A DNA stretch of 32,000 nt, taken from assembly GCF_000018465.1 (NCBI RefSeq), contig NC_010085.1, forward strand, positions 1,320,001-1,352,000, read 5' to 3'. The translations under genes were made by a program, and so were the position numbers. Below are positions 24,226 to 32,000 of this stretch, piece by piece; position 1 is the stretch's first letter, and the number at the start of each line of letters is the position of its first letter. The notes beneath the pieces were generated by a model. It saw only the letters and a list, made by a program, of their open reading frames with translations, did no database searches and was not told where the DNA came from. The stretch is from Nitrosopumilus maritimus SCM1. Lineage in GTDB: Archaea > Thermoproteota > Nitrososphaeria > Nitrososphaerales > Nitrosopumilaceae.

Positions 24226-25155
24226 ATGAAAAATATCCAAGAACTTGATTCATTAATCCAAGTAAAACCGTTAGAATATGATTATTTTATTTATACAAAA
24301 AATTCAGAAAAGAGATCATCAAACGTACTAAATATTTTTAAAAAATCAAAAATCAAAATTAAAAATTTAATTGAATTACAGTTTGAAGACACTCAAACAC
24401 CTAAAATCAGAACAATTGGATCAAGATATGTGATCACTTGTCCTTACAGACATGTTCTTATGGGCATTAAATCTATTTTTGACTTATTACACAATCTACA
24501 TTTCAAAATTAATGATAAGGTGTGTATTGATATTACTGGTACTGATGTACCATATTTTTTCCATCTTCTAAAAACACTCAAATTTAAAAAAATGTTATCA
24601 AAAATTGATTTAGTATACACAGAACCTGAAACATATAAAAAAACTTCAAATAAATTTATTTTTTCCGAGGGAATTAGAAATGTAAAACAATTTCCTGCAT
24701 ATACTGGAAGAACAAACCCAAATGGGAAAAAAATACTTTTGATTTTAATAGGTTTTGAAGGACACCGTTCATACAAAGTCTTAGACTCTATTGAGCCCGA
24801 CAAAACATTGGCGCTAAATGGATTTCCAAGTTATTCGTTAGAATTCAAAGATACTAGTATTCTTGAAAACAAAGAACTGTTAACTAGTCCATCATGTAAA
24901 AATAATACTCTTTTAGCATCAGCACACAATCCTTTTGAAACATTAAAAATTCTCAATAATCTTCCGTCTAGCCACAAGAAACATAATTTAATCATGGCTC
25001 CTATAGGAACAAAACCTATGTCTTTAGGGGCTTGTCTTTATTGTCTCAAAAATGAATCGGTTCGCGTAGTTTTTCCTTATCCCAATTCATATATTTCCAA
25101 AAATGCACCTGCAGAAAAAATTGGTAAAACTTGGATCTATCAATTAGTTCTTTGA
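24226..25155 (+). CDS. hypothetical Rossmann-like protein with DITGT and IGTKPMSLGA motifs (possible CARF/DxTGGTK-like ligand-binding fold)
   Basis: 309 aa, starting 1 nt after the upstream stop. Beta-strand-then-glycine patterns (KVCIDITGTDVPYFFHLL; KILLILIGFEGHRS; HNLIMAPIGTKPMSLGACLY) suggest Rossmann-like units. GTKxMS resembles the DxTGGTKxMS motif of some CARF-family proteins. Weak, by-eye only. Confidence 0.35.
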   Translation: MKNIQELDSLIQVKPLEYDYFIYTKNSEKRSSNVLNIFKKSKIKIKNLIELQFEDTQTPKIRTIGSRYVITCPYRHVLMGIKSIFDLLHNLHFKINDKVCIDITGTDVPYFFHLLKTLKFKKMLSKIDLVYTEPETYKKTSNKFIFSEGIRNVKQFPAYTGRTNPNGKKILLILIGFEGHRSYKVLDSIEPDKTLALNGFPSYSLEFKDTSILENKELLTSPSCKNNTLLASAHNPFETLKILNNLPSSHKKHNLIMAPIGTKPMSLGACLYCLKNESVRVVFPYPNSYISKNAPAEKIGKTWIYQLVL

Positions 25156-25205
25156 GTCCGTAACTACAAGTCTCTTTGATGTAACAATGGTTCAAGTTTC
25201 AAGAA

Positions 25206-27521
25206 TCACTCAAGATTGTGCATTGATTGCAAATCTTTCTTAAACTCTGACAAACTTTCAGGAACTTCAACTGCAATAGAGTCCTTTAATGACAATTCTT
25301 TTGCCTTTTTCTCATTCCATACTTTAGAGTTAAACTGTACAACTTCTTCAGTGGTTTTGGAATAATCTTCTACCTTTTCAGATTCAGCTTGTCTTTCAGT
25401 ATGAATACTAGTCTCAGAGTATAGTGTCTGCCACAAATGCTCTGTGATAAATGGTGTAATTGGTGCCAATAATTTCAAGACTGTGGAGAGTACTTTGTGT
25501 AGTGTGTAAATGGCTGCATCTCGTTCCTCTTCAGAAAATCCTTCTCCGTAGGCTCGTTTTTTGACCATTTCGATGTAATGAGCTGCAAACAAATTCCAAG
25601 TAAATTCCCTGATTGCAATTGCTGGAACAAAGAAGTTGTATTCATCATATCCTTTCTTGCAATCTTTAATCAAATTGTTCAATTCAGACAAAATCCACTT
25701 GTCAACGGTAGTTGGTTTTCCTTCTTTGATTACAGGAAAGCTTGACAAGAATCTTGAGACATTCCATAGTTTGCTCAAGAATTTCTTTGTAGACTCTATC
25801 TTTTGCTCATTGCATCTAAAGTCATAACCATGATTAATCTCACTTGCACTCCAGAATCGAAATGTGTCAGCTCCAAATTTCTCTATTACTGGTAATGGAT
25901 CAATTGCATTTCCTTTACTTTTACTCATCTTCATTCCTTTCTCATCTAAACCATAACCCATAATCCAAGCTTCAGTCCATGGTTTTTTACCAGTTAACAT
26001 ATCACAACGCAAAAGTGTGTAATACAACCAAGTCCTTACAATATCTTTTGCTTGAGGTCTAAGTGATGTTGGATAAGTTTTCTCAAAGAATTCTGAATCC
26101 TTATCATACTTTGTAACAAACAATGGCGATACACTAGAATCCATCCATGTATCAAATGTTCTATCCTCCCCAGTAAATTCACCATTACCGCACTTTGTAC
26201 ACTTTTCAATTGGACACTTCTCCTTCCATGGTTGATAGTACTTTCCTGGTTCAGGGACGTGCGGTTCATTACAACTAGAACAATACCAAATTGGAATCTC
26301 TGTTCCATAGTATCTTCGTCTTGAGATTGGCCAGTCAATGGATATGGAATCAAGCCAATTCATCAAAATCTGCTTGTGCATAGAGGGGTAAAACGTGATT
26401 TCTGAGCCTAATTTTCGCATTTTTTCAATGGAATCTTTCTGTTTGAGATAGTACTCCTCCATGGGTATAATCTCAATTGGAATCTTACTTCGCTCTGAAA
26501 TTGGTGTTCTATGATTAATCTCTTCGATTTTTTCTACAAATCCTTTTGATTCTAAATCTGCAATAATTTTTTCTCTAGCTTGTTTTGGTTTGAGTCCTGC
26601 ATATTCTCCTGCAGCTTCAGTCATCCTTCCATCCAAACCAATTGCAACAATCTCTTCTAGTCCCATCTCTCTAAACAATGCAACGTCATTTTGATCACCA
26701 TAACTACAAACCATTACAGCTCCTGAACCAAAGTCTTGCTGAGCTGAATGGTGAGTCTTGATTTCAACTTCCGCCCCTGTAATTGGTACAACTACTTTAC
26801 TTCCAACAAATGGAGCATATCTTTCATCTTCAGGGTTTACAATAATGGTACGACATGCACATAGTAGTTCTGGTCTTGTACTTGCAATGATGATTTCCTT
26901 ATCCATATCTTTAATCTTGAATTTCATGTGAACTAGCTTTGTCATCAAATCTTGGTATGCAATTTCAGCATCAGCAATTGTAGTGCCAGATACCCAATCA
27001 TAGTTGTTAGGTCGAGTAGCTAGAACAATCTTTCCTTCTTTCCATAGTTTGATGAATGTTGATTGTGTTAATGCACGATATTCTTCTGAATCTGTTCTGT
27101 AATGATTCTTCAAGTCACCACTCAAACCAAGGTTTGTCATAATCAACACCATCTCTTCTTCCAAGTCATCTAGTGCTTCTCGGCACAAATCCAAGAATTC
27201 TCCTCTGTCAGTTTCCCTCATTCTGATGTTGTGTTTTTTCTCAGTGTAGAACTCTACAGGCAAACCATTTCTGTCAATTCCAATTGGAAAGTAGACGTTC
27301 TTGCCATTCATGCGAGCAGTTCTTGCAATCATGTCTATCTGAGAATAGTGAGCAGCAGCTCCAATGTGCCATGGCCTGCCTGATGGGTATGGTGGAGGCG
27401 TATCTATGGTGTAATTATCATCAGTTGGAGTGAATTTGTAAAGGTCTGAATCCTGCCATTTCTTTAAGACCTGTGCCTCTAACTCTGGATTCCAAGCTTT
27501 CTCTGTAATTTTTGGGTCCAT
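25206..27521 (-). CDS. valS: valyl-tRNA synthetase (class Ia aaRS)
   Basis: Class I motifs PPPYPSGRPWHIGAAAH (HIGH region) and KMSKSKGN (KMSKS), an editing-domain insertion, a Cys-rich knuckle and TFDTWMDSS. The 771-aa size fits compact archaeal ValRS better than LeuRS or IleRS. Confidence 0.75.
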   Translation of the reverse strand: MDPKITEKAWNPELEAQVLKKWQDSDLYKFTPTDDNYTIDTPPPYPSGRPWHIGAAAHYSQIDMIARTARMNGKNVYFPIGIDRNGLPVEFYTEKKHNIRMRETDRGEFLDLCREALDDLEEEMVLIMTNLGLSGDLKNHYRTDSEEYRALTQSTFIKLWKEGKIVLATRPNNYDWVSGTTIADAEIAYQDLMTKLVHMKFKIKDMDKEIIIASTRPELLCACRTIIVNPEDERYAPFVGSKVVVPITGAEVEIKTHHSAQQDFGSGAVMVCSYGDQNDVALFREMGLEEIVAIGLDGRMTEAAGEYAGLKPKQAREKIIADLESKGFVEKIEEINHRTPISERSKIPIEIIPMEEYYLKQKDSIEKMRKLGSEITFYPSMHKQILMNWLDSISIDWPISRRRYYGTEIPIWYCSSCNEPHVPEPGKYYQPWKEKCPIEKCTKCGNGEFTGEDRTFDTWMDSSVSPLFVTKYDKDSEFFEKTYPTSLRPQAKDIVRTWLYYTLLRCDMLTGKKPWTEAWIMGYGLDEKGMKMSKSKGNAIDPLPVIEKFGADTFRFWSASEINHGYDFRCNEQKIESTKKFLSKLWNVSRFLSSFPVIKEGKPTTVDKWILSELNNLIKDCKKGYDEYNFFVPAIAIREFTWNLFAAHYIEMVKKRAYGEGFSEEERDAAIYTLHKVLSTVLKLLAPITPFITEHLWQTLYSETSIHTERQAESEKVEDYSKTTEEVVQFNSKVWNEKKAKELSLKDSIAVEVPESLSEFKKDLQSMHNLE

Positions 27522-27535
27522 TTTTAATTTTGAAA

Positions 27536-28153
27536 TTATTGTTTTGTTTCTTTAACTAGATTTACAAAATATTTGTGAACTGCTAAATCATCAGTTAGTT
27601 CTGGATGGAAAGATGTTCCAATGATGTTTCCTTTCTTGATTGCAACAATTTTCTCATTTAGTTTTGCTAAAACTTCAATGTCATCTGATGTGGATGAGAT
27701 AGCTGGAGCTCGAATGAATACTCCATTATAGTTTGAGATTCCAATTGAGTCCATAGAGACATTTGCCTCAAATGATTCACGTTGTCTACCAAAGGAATTT
27801 CTTTCAAGTTCGATATCTAGAAAATCAAATAGCGGTTGCTCTGTTTTTCCAACAACTCTATCAGTTGCATTGCTTGCAAGTAGCACCATTCCAGCACAGA
27901 TTCCTAGTACTGGCATTCCAGATTCTACCTTTTGCTTGATTACTTTTTGAGAGCCATTAACCAAAGACAATTGTCCAATGGTAGTGCTCTCACCGCCAGG
28001 AATGACCAATCCATCCATTGCAGAAATCTCCTCAGGAGTCTTTACAACATGAACAGTTGCATCCTGATTCAAATCAGCAATTGATGCTACCAATGATGAA
28101 ACATTTTCTGCAACATCACCCTGAATGGCTAAAATTCCAATCTTTGCGCTCAT
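27536..28153 (-). CDS. pdxT: pyridoxal 5'-phosphate synthase glutaminase subunit PdxT
   Basis: [13 protein letters not shown], nucleophile elbow GICAGMVLL, and [15 protein letters not shown]. Its start overlaps the pdxS stop (28150-28153). Confidence 0.92.
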   Translation of the reverse strand: MSAKIGILAIQGDVAENVSSLVASIADLNQDATVHVVKTPEEISAMDGLVIPGGESTTIGQLSLVNGSQKVIKQKVESGMPVLGICAGMVLLASNATDRVVGKTEQPLFDFLDIELERNSFGRQRESFEANVSMDSIGISNYNGVFIRAPAISSTSDDIEVLAKLNEKIVAIKKGNIIGTSFHPELTDDLAVHKYFVNLVKETKQ

Positions 28154-29118
28154 GCGGAACCGCCTCTATCTTGCATACGTAACTCTAGAGTTTTAACATC
28201 TAATCCTAACATTGATTGTCGCTCATCAATCATCTTTTGAGCTTCTTTGACCTTGTCTGCCTCATTCCAAAATGTTGTAGCTAAAACAATTGCTCTTGCA
28301 CGCTCTGCTGCATCATCAGCTGCAAAAATTCCAGAACCAACAAAGATTCCATCACATCCTAATGACATCAGATATGCTGCATCAGCTGGTGTTGCAATTC
28401 CACCTGCTGCAAAATTAACAACAGGCAATCTTCCTAGTTTTGCAGTTTGCTCTACAATATCATAAGATACTTTGAATTCTCTTGCCATTCTAACTAGATC
28501 TTGATTGTCCCCTGAATCATACATTGACTTTATTGTTCTTAATTCATCATTTACTTTTTTGATATGAGTGATGGCTTCAGCAACATTGCCAGTTCCTGGT
28601 TCTCCTTTTGTTCTAATCATTGCAGCTCCTTCTTCAATTCTTCTCAAAGCTTCAGCCAATGATCTAGCACCATTAACAACAGGTGTTGTCATGTCCCATT
28701 TCCAAATGTGACGTAGCTCATCAGCTGGAGTCAACACTTCAGATTCATCAATCATGTCAACATCAGTCTCTTGTAACACAAGAGCTTCATTGACATGACC
28801 AATTCTACATTTTGCCATTACAGGAATTGTAACTGAATCCATAATCTCTTCAATAATTCTAATACTTGCAGTTCTTGCAACACCACCTGCCTTTCGAACG
28901 TCTGATGGAAGTTTGTCCAATACCATAACAGAGACTGCGCCTGCTTCTTCAGCAATCTTGGCTTGCTCTACATTTGTGACATCCATTACAACTCCATTTT
29001 TTAGCATGTGGGCAAATCCACGTTTCAGAGTTGAAGAGCCACGAATAACATCGCCAGAGTCTAATTTTTCAGAAATTATTCCCTTTGCGTCTTTACGTTC
29101 CCCAGATAATGGAAGCAT
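28150..29118 (-). CDS. pdxS: pyridoxal 5'-phosphate synthase lyase subunit PdxS
   Basis: [84 protein letters not shown] and [13 protein letters not shown] match PdxS/SNZ along the full length. Confidence 0.95.
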   Translation of the reverse strand: MLPLSGERKDAKGIISEKLDSGDVIRGSSTLKRGFAHMLKNGVVMDVTNVEQAKIAEEAGAVSVMVLDKLPSDVRKAGGVARTASIRIIEEIMDSVTIPVMAKCRIGHVNEALVLQETDVDMIDESEVLTPADELRHIWKWDMTTPVVNGARSLAEALRRIEEGAAMIRTKGEPGTGNVAEAITHIKKVNDELRTIKSMYDSGDNQDLVRMAREFKVSYDIVEQTAKLGRLPVVNFAAGGIATPADAAYLMSLGCDGIFVGSGIFAADDAAERARAIVLATTFWNEADKVKEAQKMIDERQSMLGLDVKTLELRMQDRGGSA

Positions 29119-29148
29119 ACAATAATTTTCGCTACAGGCTATTTGTAC

Positions 29149-29682
29149 CTATTCACGAATGTCGGAAATTATCGCGTCTAGTTCAGTTTCAACCATGGTA
29201 ATGATTGGAGGAATAAAACCACTAGTTGCATTTTGTTCTGGCCAATGAATCTCCTGGTTGCGACCATTCAAAGTAATTTTCACGTTGGATTTTTGAAATT
29301 CTTTTACATCCTCTAAAATTGGAAAAGAGTCAACTGGAATCTCCATAAAGCCAGTTTCCTTTATCAATGCTTTAATCTTGTTTAGTTTCTTTTCATCTAA
29401 CTGCGACCGAATGTCTGGTTGAAGATATCCCAGCTCAGTTACTGAATACTTTAGCTCACCGTCATTTTTGATAAGCAAAATCTCTGTCTTTTCTGCACCA
29501 GTACGTTCAGTTACTCCATATTCAACTGTCCTTAGCTGGTGTTTTGTGTATTCAATGTCTAGTTTATCAAAAGAGTTTGCAGCTGAAATTGGAATTTCAT
29601 TTTTTGTTAGTAGTGGAACTGAAATCAACAAAGCAATTACAACAGGAATTGCTCCTAGTGCAAGCATCGCTTTTCTTACCAT
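29149..29682 (-). CDS. membrane-anchored hypothetical protein (177 aa)
   Basis: N-terminal anchor MVRKAMLALGAIPVVIALLISVPLL followed by a soluble domain without a recognisable motif. Confidence 0.5.
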   Translation of the reverse strand: MVRKAMLALGAIPVVIALLISVPLLTKNEIPISAANSFDKLDIEYTKHQLRTVEYGVTERTGAEKTEILLIKNDGELKYSVTELGYLQPDIRSQLDEKKLNKIKALIKETGFMEIPVDSFPILEDVKEFQKSNVKITLNGRNQEIHWPEQNATSGFIPPIITMVETELDAIISDIRE

Positions 29683-29773
29683 AACTTTCTCAACTGTTCA
29701 GAATTGATGATTATTGCAAATAAATCTTGGTTAAAAGTAACTTAAAATTCAAGTCCATTTCATTCTTGTTTGT

Positions 29774-29927
29774 GGGGTCGTAGCCTAGCCTGGTAGGGCG
29801 ACAGTGTCTACGAAAAAGATCACCGCTAAGGGCTCCAGAGGTAAACTAAGCTAAACTGACTCACGGATGATGTAAGTTTGGAGCTGTAGTGACCCGTAGG
29901 TCGTCGGTTCGATTCCGATCGGCCCCA
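29774..29927 (+). tRNA. intron-containing class II (long variable arm) tRNA, isotype uncertain (Ser-GGA is my best guess)
   Basis: Acceptor GGGGTCG/CGGCCCC (one G-U) plus discriminator A. D arm is GCCT-AGCCTGGTA-GGGC and T arm is GTCGG-TTCGATT-CCGAT. Variable arm is GACC-CGTA-GGTC. The total of 154 nt implies about 65-70 nt of intervening sequence. Confidence 0.8.
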
Positions 29928-29951
29928 CGTCCTAAAAATTATACTTGTAAA

Positions 29952-30800
29952 TTATTTCAAAAATGCAATTGCTTTTACAATGTCAGTCTTGCTCAAGATT
30001 CCAACAATGTTTCCATGCTGAGACAAGACACCTACGCCGTTGATATTTTTCTCTAAGAGAAGATTACCCGTATTTGCCAAATCATCATCATAGTTTACAG
30101 AAACAATGTCTTTGCTCATGATATCTTCAACATTTACACTTGCACCAAATCCAGATTCAGAGATGAAGCCCTTTCTTGGGAAGATTACAGAGATTACAGG
30201 ATCTGTATTATCAAGCACATCCTCAAAGTTTCCTTGTTTTAGTGCCAGTGCAAACAAGTCTCGAAATGTAATGATACCTACTGGAACATCTTTACGGTTA
30301 CGAATGATGATTCGAGATATTTTTTCATCTATCATCTTTAGAACGATTTTGTATAATGGAGTGTCAGAATATTGCCATGCATAGTATGGAGACATGTATT
30401 CTCCAACCAGTTTTTCGTCTGGATGCATCTTTGTAAAATATCTAACTAGATCAGTCTTTGTAATGATTCCAACAACCTCGTCATTAGATGTGATTACAAG
30501 TGAACCGATTGATTTTGTAAGCATAATTTCAGCGCATTCAATCATGCTGGTATGCTCATCAACTGAAATTATTTTTTGAACAATTGTAGATAATGGAATA
30601 TCACTTAGGTTTCTCTCAGTATCATCAGTAAGAAGAAAGATTCCCAAGTCCTTTTCAGTCACAATTCCTGTAACTTTGTCATTTTCAGTGACTAGAATTC
30701 TGCTCTTTTTCTCATCAAGGATCTTCTTTAGTGCATCAGCCAGAGTGGATTCAAGTTTCATGGTTCTTGGAGCGTGTTTATAGTCTGATGCGTGTTTCAT
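29952..30800 (-). CDS. CBS-domain protein (four CBS motifs, two Bateman modules)
   Basis: Four repeats of the CBS signature end in h-G-I-h-T/S-x-x-D-h: VTGIVTEKDL, VVGIITKTDLVRYF, PVGIITFRDLF, IVGILSKTDIVKAI. Confidence 0.88.
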   Translation of the reverse strand: MKHASDYKHAPRTMKLESTLADALKKILDEKKSRILVTENDKVTGIVTEKDLGIFLLTDDTERNLSDIPLSTIVQKIISVDEHTSMIECAEIMLTKSIGSLVITSNDEVVGIITKTDLVRYFTKMHPDEKLVGEYMSPYYAWQYSDTPLYKIVLKMIDEKISRIIIRNRKDVPVGIITFRDLFALALKQGNFEDVLDNTDPVISVIFPRKGFISESGFGASVNVEDIMSKDIVSVNYDDDLANTGNLLLEKNINGVGVLSQHGNIVGILSKTDIVKAIAFLK

Positions 30801-30891
30801 ATCACAAGCAAATCGAGTATAGTATTTTATGATATTTCATATTGTCAACATTGAAAATAACTAGTGTTTATTGAAAAATGAGATTTTGAAA

Positions 30892-32000
30892 TTATTTATT
30901 TCTCAAAACGTTTAGTGCAGAACCAGCTTTGAACCATTCGATTTGTGATTTATTGTAAGAGTGATTCAACATGATTTCTTCCTTGTTTCCATCTGCATGT
31001 GTAATGATACACTTTACCTGTTGCCCAGGTTGCAGATTATTCAAATCAACTAGACTGATCTTGTCATCTTCCAAGATTTTCTCATAATCATCAGGATTTG
31101 TAAATGTCAATGCCAACAATCCTTGTTTCTTTAGATTAGTCTCATGAATTCTTGCAAGACTCTTTGTAATTACTGCAGCACACCCTAGATATCTTGGAGT
31201 CATTGCAGCATGTTCTCTGCTGCTTCCCTCACCATAGTTGTTATCGCCGATGATTACCCAACGCATCTGTTTTTCTTTGTACTGTCTTGCAATCTGGGAA
31301 AATGATTCCAGTTCACCATTTAGAACATTCTTGCCCTTTCCAACCTCATCATTGTATGCGTTAACTGCACCAAGCAACATGTTGTCACTGAGATTATCCA
31401 AGTGACCACGCAAAGACAACCATGCACCAGCTGGTGAGATATGATCAGTTGTACACTTGCCTTTAGCTTTGACCATGATTGGAACCTCTTCAAAGTCTTT
31501 TCCATCCCATACTGGGAATGGTTCTAGTCTTTGGAGTCGTTTACTGTTAGGATCAATGATTACTTCAACATCATCAGAGTTTTCTGGTGGTGCAACAAAG
31601 ATTCCTTCAGGTCTCATGAATCCTTCTTCAGGAACTTCAGGAGCAGGTTTTGGAGGCTCTAGTTTGAACTTTGTTCCATCAGCTGCAGTCAATTCATCAA
31701 CTAGTGGATTGAATGATAATCTTCCACCTAATGATAATGCAATAATCATTTCAGGACTGCCAATGAAATTCAATGTGCTTCTGTGTCCGTCGTTTCTTCC
31801 AGGGAAGTTTCGATTAAAGGTTGTAACTATAGTGTTTTGCTCATCCTTGTCTAATTCAGGTCTGTTCCACTGACCAATGCAAGGACCACATGCATTTGCA
31901 AGAACAGTTGCACCAATGTCTTTGAGTGAATCCATCTGTCCATCGCGTTCAATTGTTCCACGAATTTGTTCTGAACCCGGAGTAACCAGTAGTGGAATCT
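30892..32000 (-). CDS. acn: aconitate hydratase (mitochondrial-type), 3' portion; 5' end lies beyond the window
   Basis: Fe-S ligand motif ANACGPCIGQW, NRNFPGRNDG and the swivel domain. The frame stays open upstream of the track Met (31935) to the window edge (...IPLLVTPGSEQIRGTIERDGQM...), so the gene is truncated by the window. Confidence 0.9.
   Translation of the reverse strand, partial: IPLLVTPGSEQIRGTIERDGQMDSLKDIGATVLANACGPCIGQWNRPELDKDEQNTIVTTFNRNFPGRNDGHRSTLNFIGSPEMIIALSLGGRLSFNPLVDELTAADGTKFKLEPPKPAPEVPEEGFMRPEGIFVAPPENSDDVEVIIDPNSKRLQRLEPFPVWDGKDFEEVPIMVKAKGKCTTDHISPAGAWLSLRGHLDNLSDNMLLGAVNAYNDEVGKGKNVLNGELESFSQIARQYKEKQMRWVIIGDNNYGEGSSREHAAMTPRYLGCAAVITKSLARIHETNLKKQGLLALTFTNPDDYEKILEDDKISLVDLNNLQPGQQVKCIITHADGNKEEIMLNHSYNKSQIEWFKAGSALNVLRNK

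Larger units (their letters stand above)
16560..25205. other. candidate AT-rich genomic (defence) island
   Basis: Bounded by the pterin genes and valS. My hand counts of single 60-nt lines give 13/60, 17/60 and 18/60 G+C inside the island (lines 24241, 19681, 22981) versus 24/60 and 26/60 in rtcB and pdxS (lines 2041, 28261). Content is NTPases, a DNA methyltransferase and unknowns. No integrase or flanking direct repeat was found. Confidence 0.5.

Noticed and set aside
16560-25205. Interpreting the island as an integrated virus or plasmid
   Set aside because: No integrase, capsid, terminase, replication initiator or flanking att-like direct repeat was seen. Only one HTH protein hints at mobile origin, so I call it a genomic island, not a provirus.
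26036-26353. 105-aa minus-strand ORF inside valS in another frame, and the 63-aa plus-strand ORF at 25636-25827
   Set aside because: Both are embedded in the valS coding region, which has continuous class I aaRS similarity. Neither has an independent motif.
29801-29812. Reading the tRNA as an amber-suppressor/Pyl-like tRNA with anticodon CTA
   Set aside because: The loop would be GTCTAC(A/G), with G32 and C37, which is atypical. The tRNA has a normal D loop and a long variable arm, unlike tRNA-Pyl. No Pyl machinery is expected here. More likely the intron position is non-canonical.
31935-31937. ATG at 31935 as the aconitase start codon (as in the ORF track)
   Set aside because: The frame remains open to the window edge, and the upstream translation (IPLLVTPGSEQIRGTIERDGQ) is conserved aconitase sequence. 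The gene is simply truncated by the window.

Overview
Low-GC archaeal chromosomal segment. Gene content and style (archaeal uS11, RtcB, an intron-containing tRNA, PdxS/PdxT, many tightly overlapped genes, very AT-rich intergenic DNA) suggest a marine ammonia-oxidising thaumarchaeon (Nitrosopumilus-like); that assignment is inference only. Housekeeping genes I can read: rps11, rtcB, purB, a SAM methyltransferase, a VOC/glyoxalase protein, a PP-loop/asparagine-synthase-like protein, pterin-4a-carbinolamine dehydratase, a PTPS-like protein, valS, pdxT, pdxS, a CBS-domain protein and a 5'-truncated aconitase. Two stretches look accessory. (1) 7.8-11.9 kb holds a four-gene operon of secreted or membrane-anchored, Cys-rich proteins of unknown function with paralogous N-terminal anchors, bracketed by two copies of a 42-bp hairpin repeat. 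(2) About 16.55-25.2 kb is a markedly AT-richer island between the pterin genes and valS. It carries an HTH protein, an 821-aa NACHT-type STAND NTPase with C-terminal HEAT repeats whose stop overlaps the start of a cytidine-deaminase-family gene by 13 nt, and an orphan C5-cytosine DNA methyltransferase. That methyltransferase is divergently paired with a compact three-gene operon: a PRTase-like protein, a 660-aa P-loop ATPase, and a 309-aa Rossmann-like protein with a GTKxMS motif. I consider this methyltransferase-linked triad, and separately the NACHT-deaminase pair, the best candidates for an undescribed conflict/defence system. Two small DNA-binding genes below the ORF-track cutoff were found by hand: a ribbon-helix-helix protein at 4973-5116(-) and an AbrB/SpoVT-type protein at 12983-13153(+). 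No rRNA, CRISPR array, transposase or integrase was seen.
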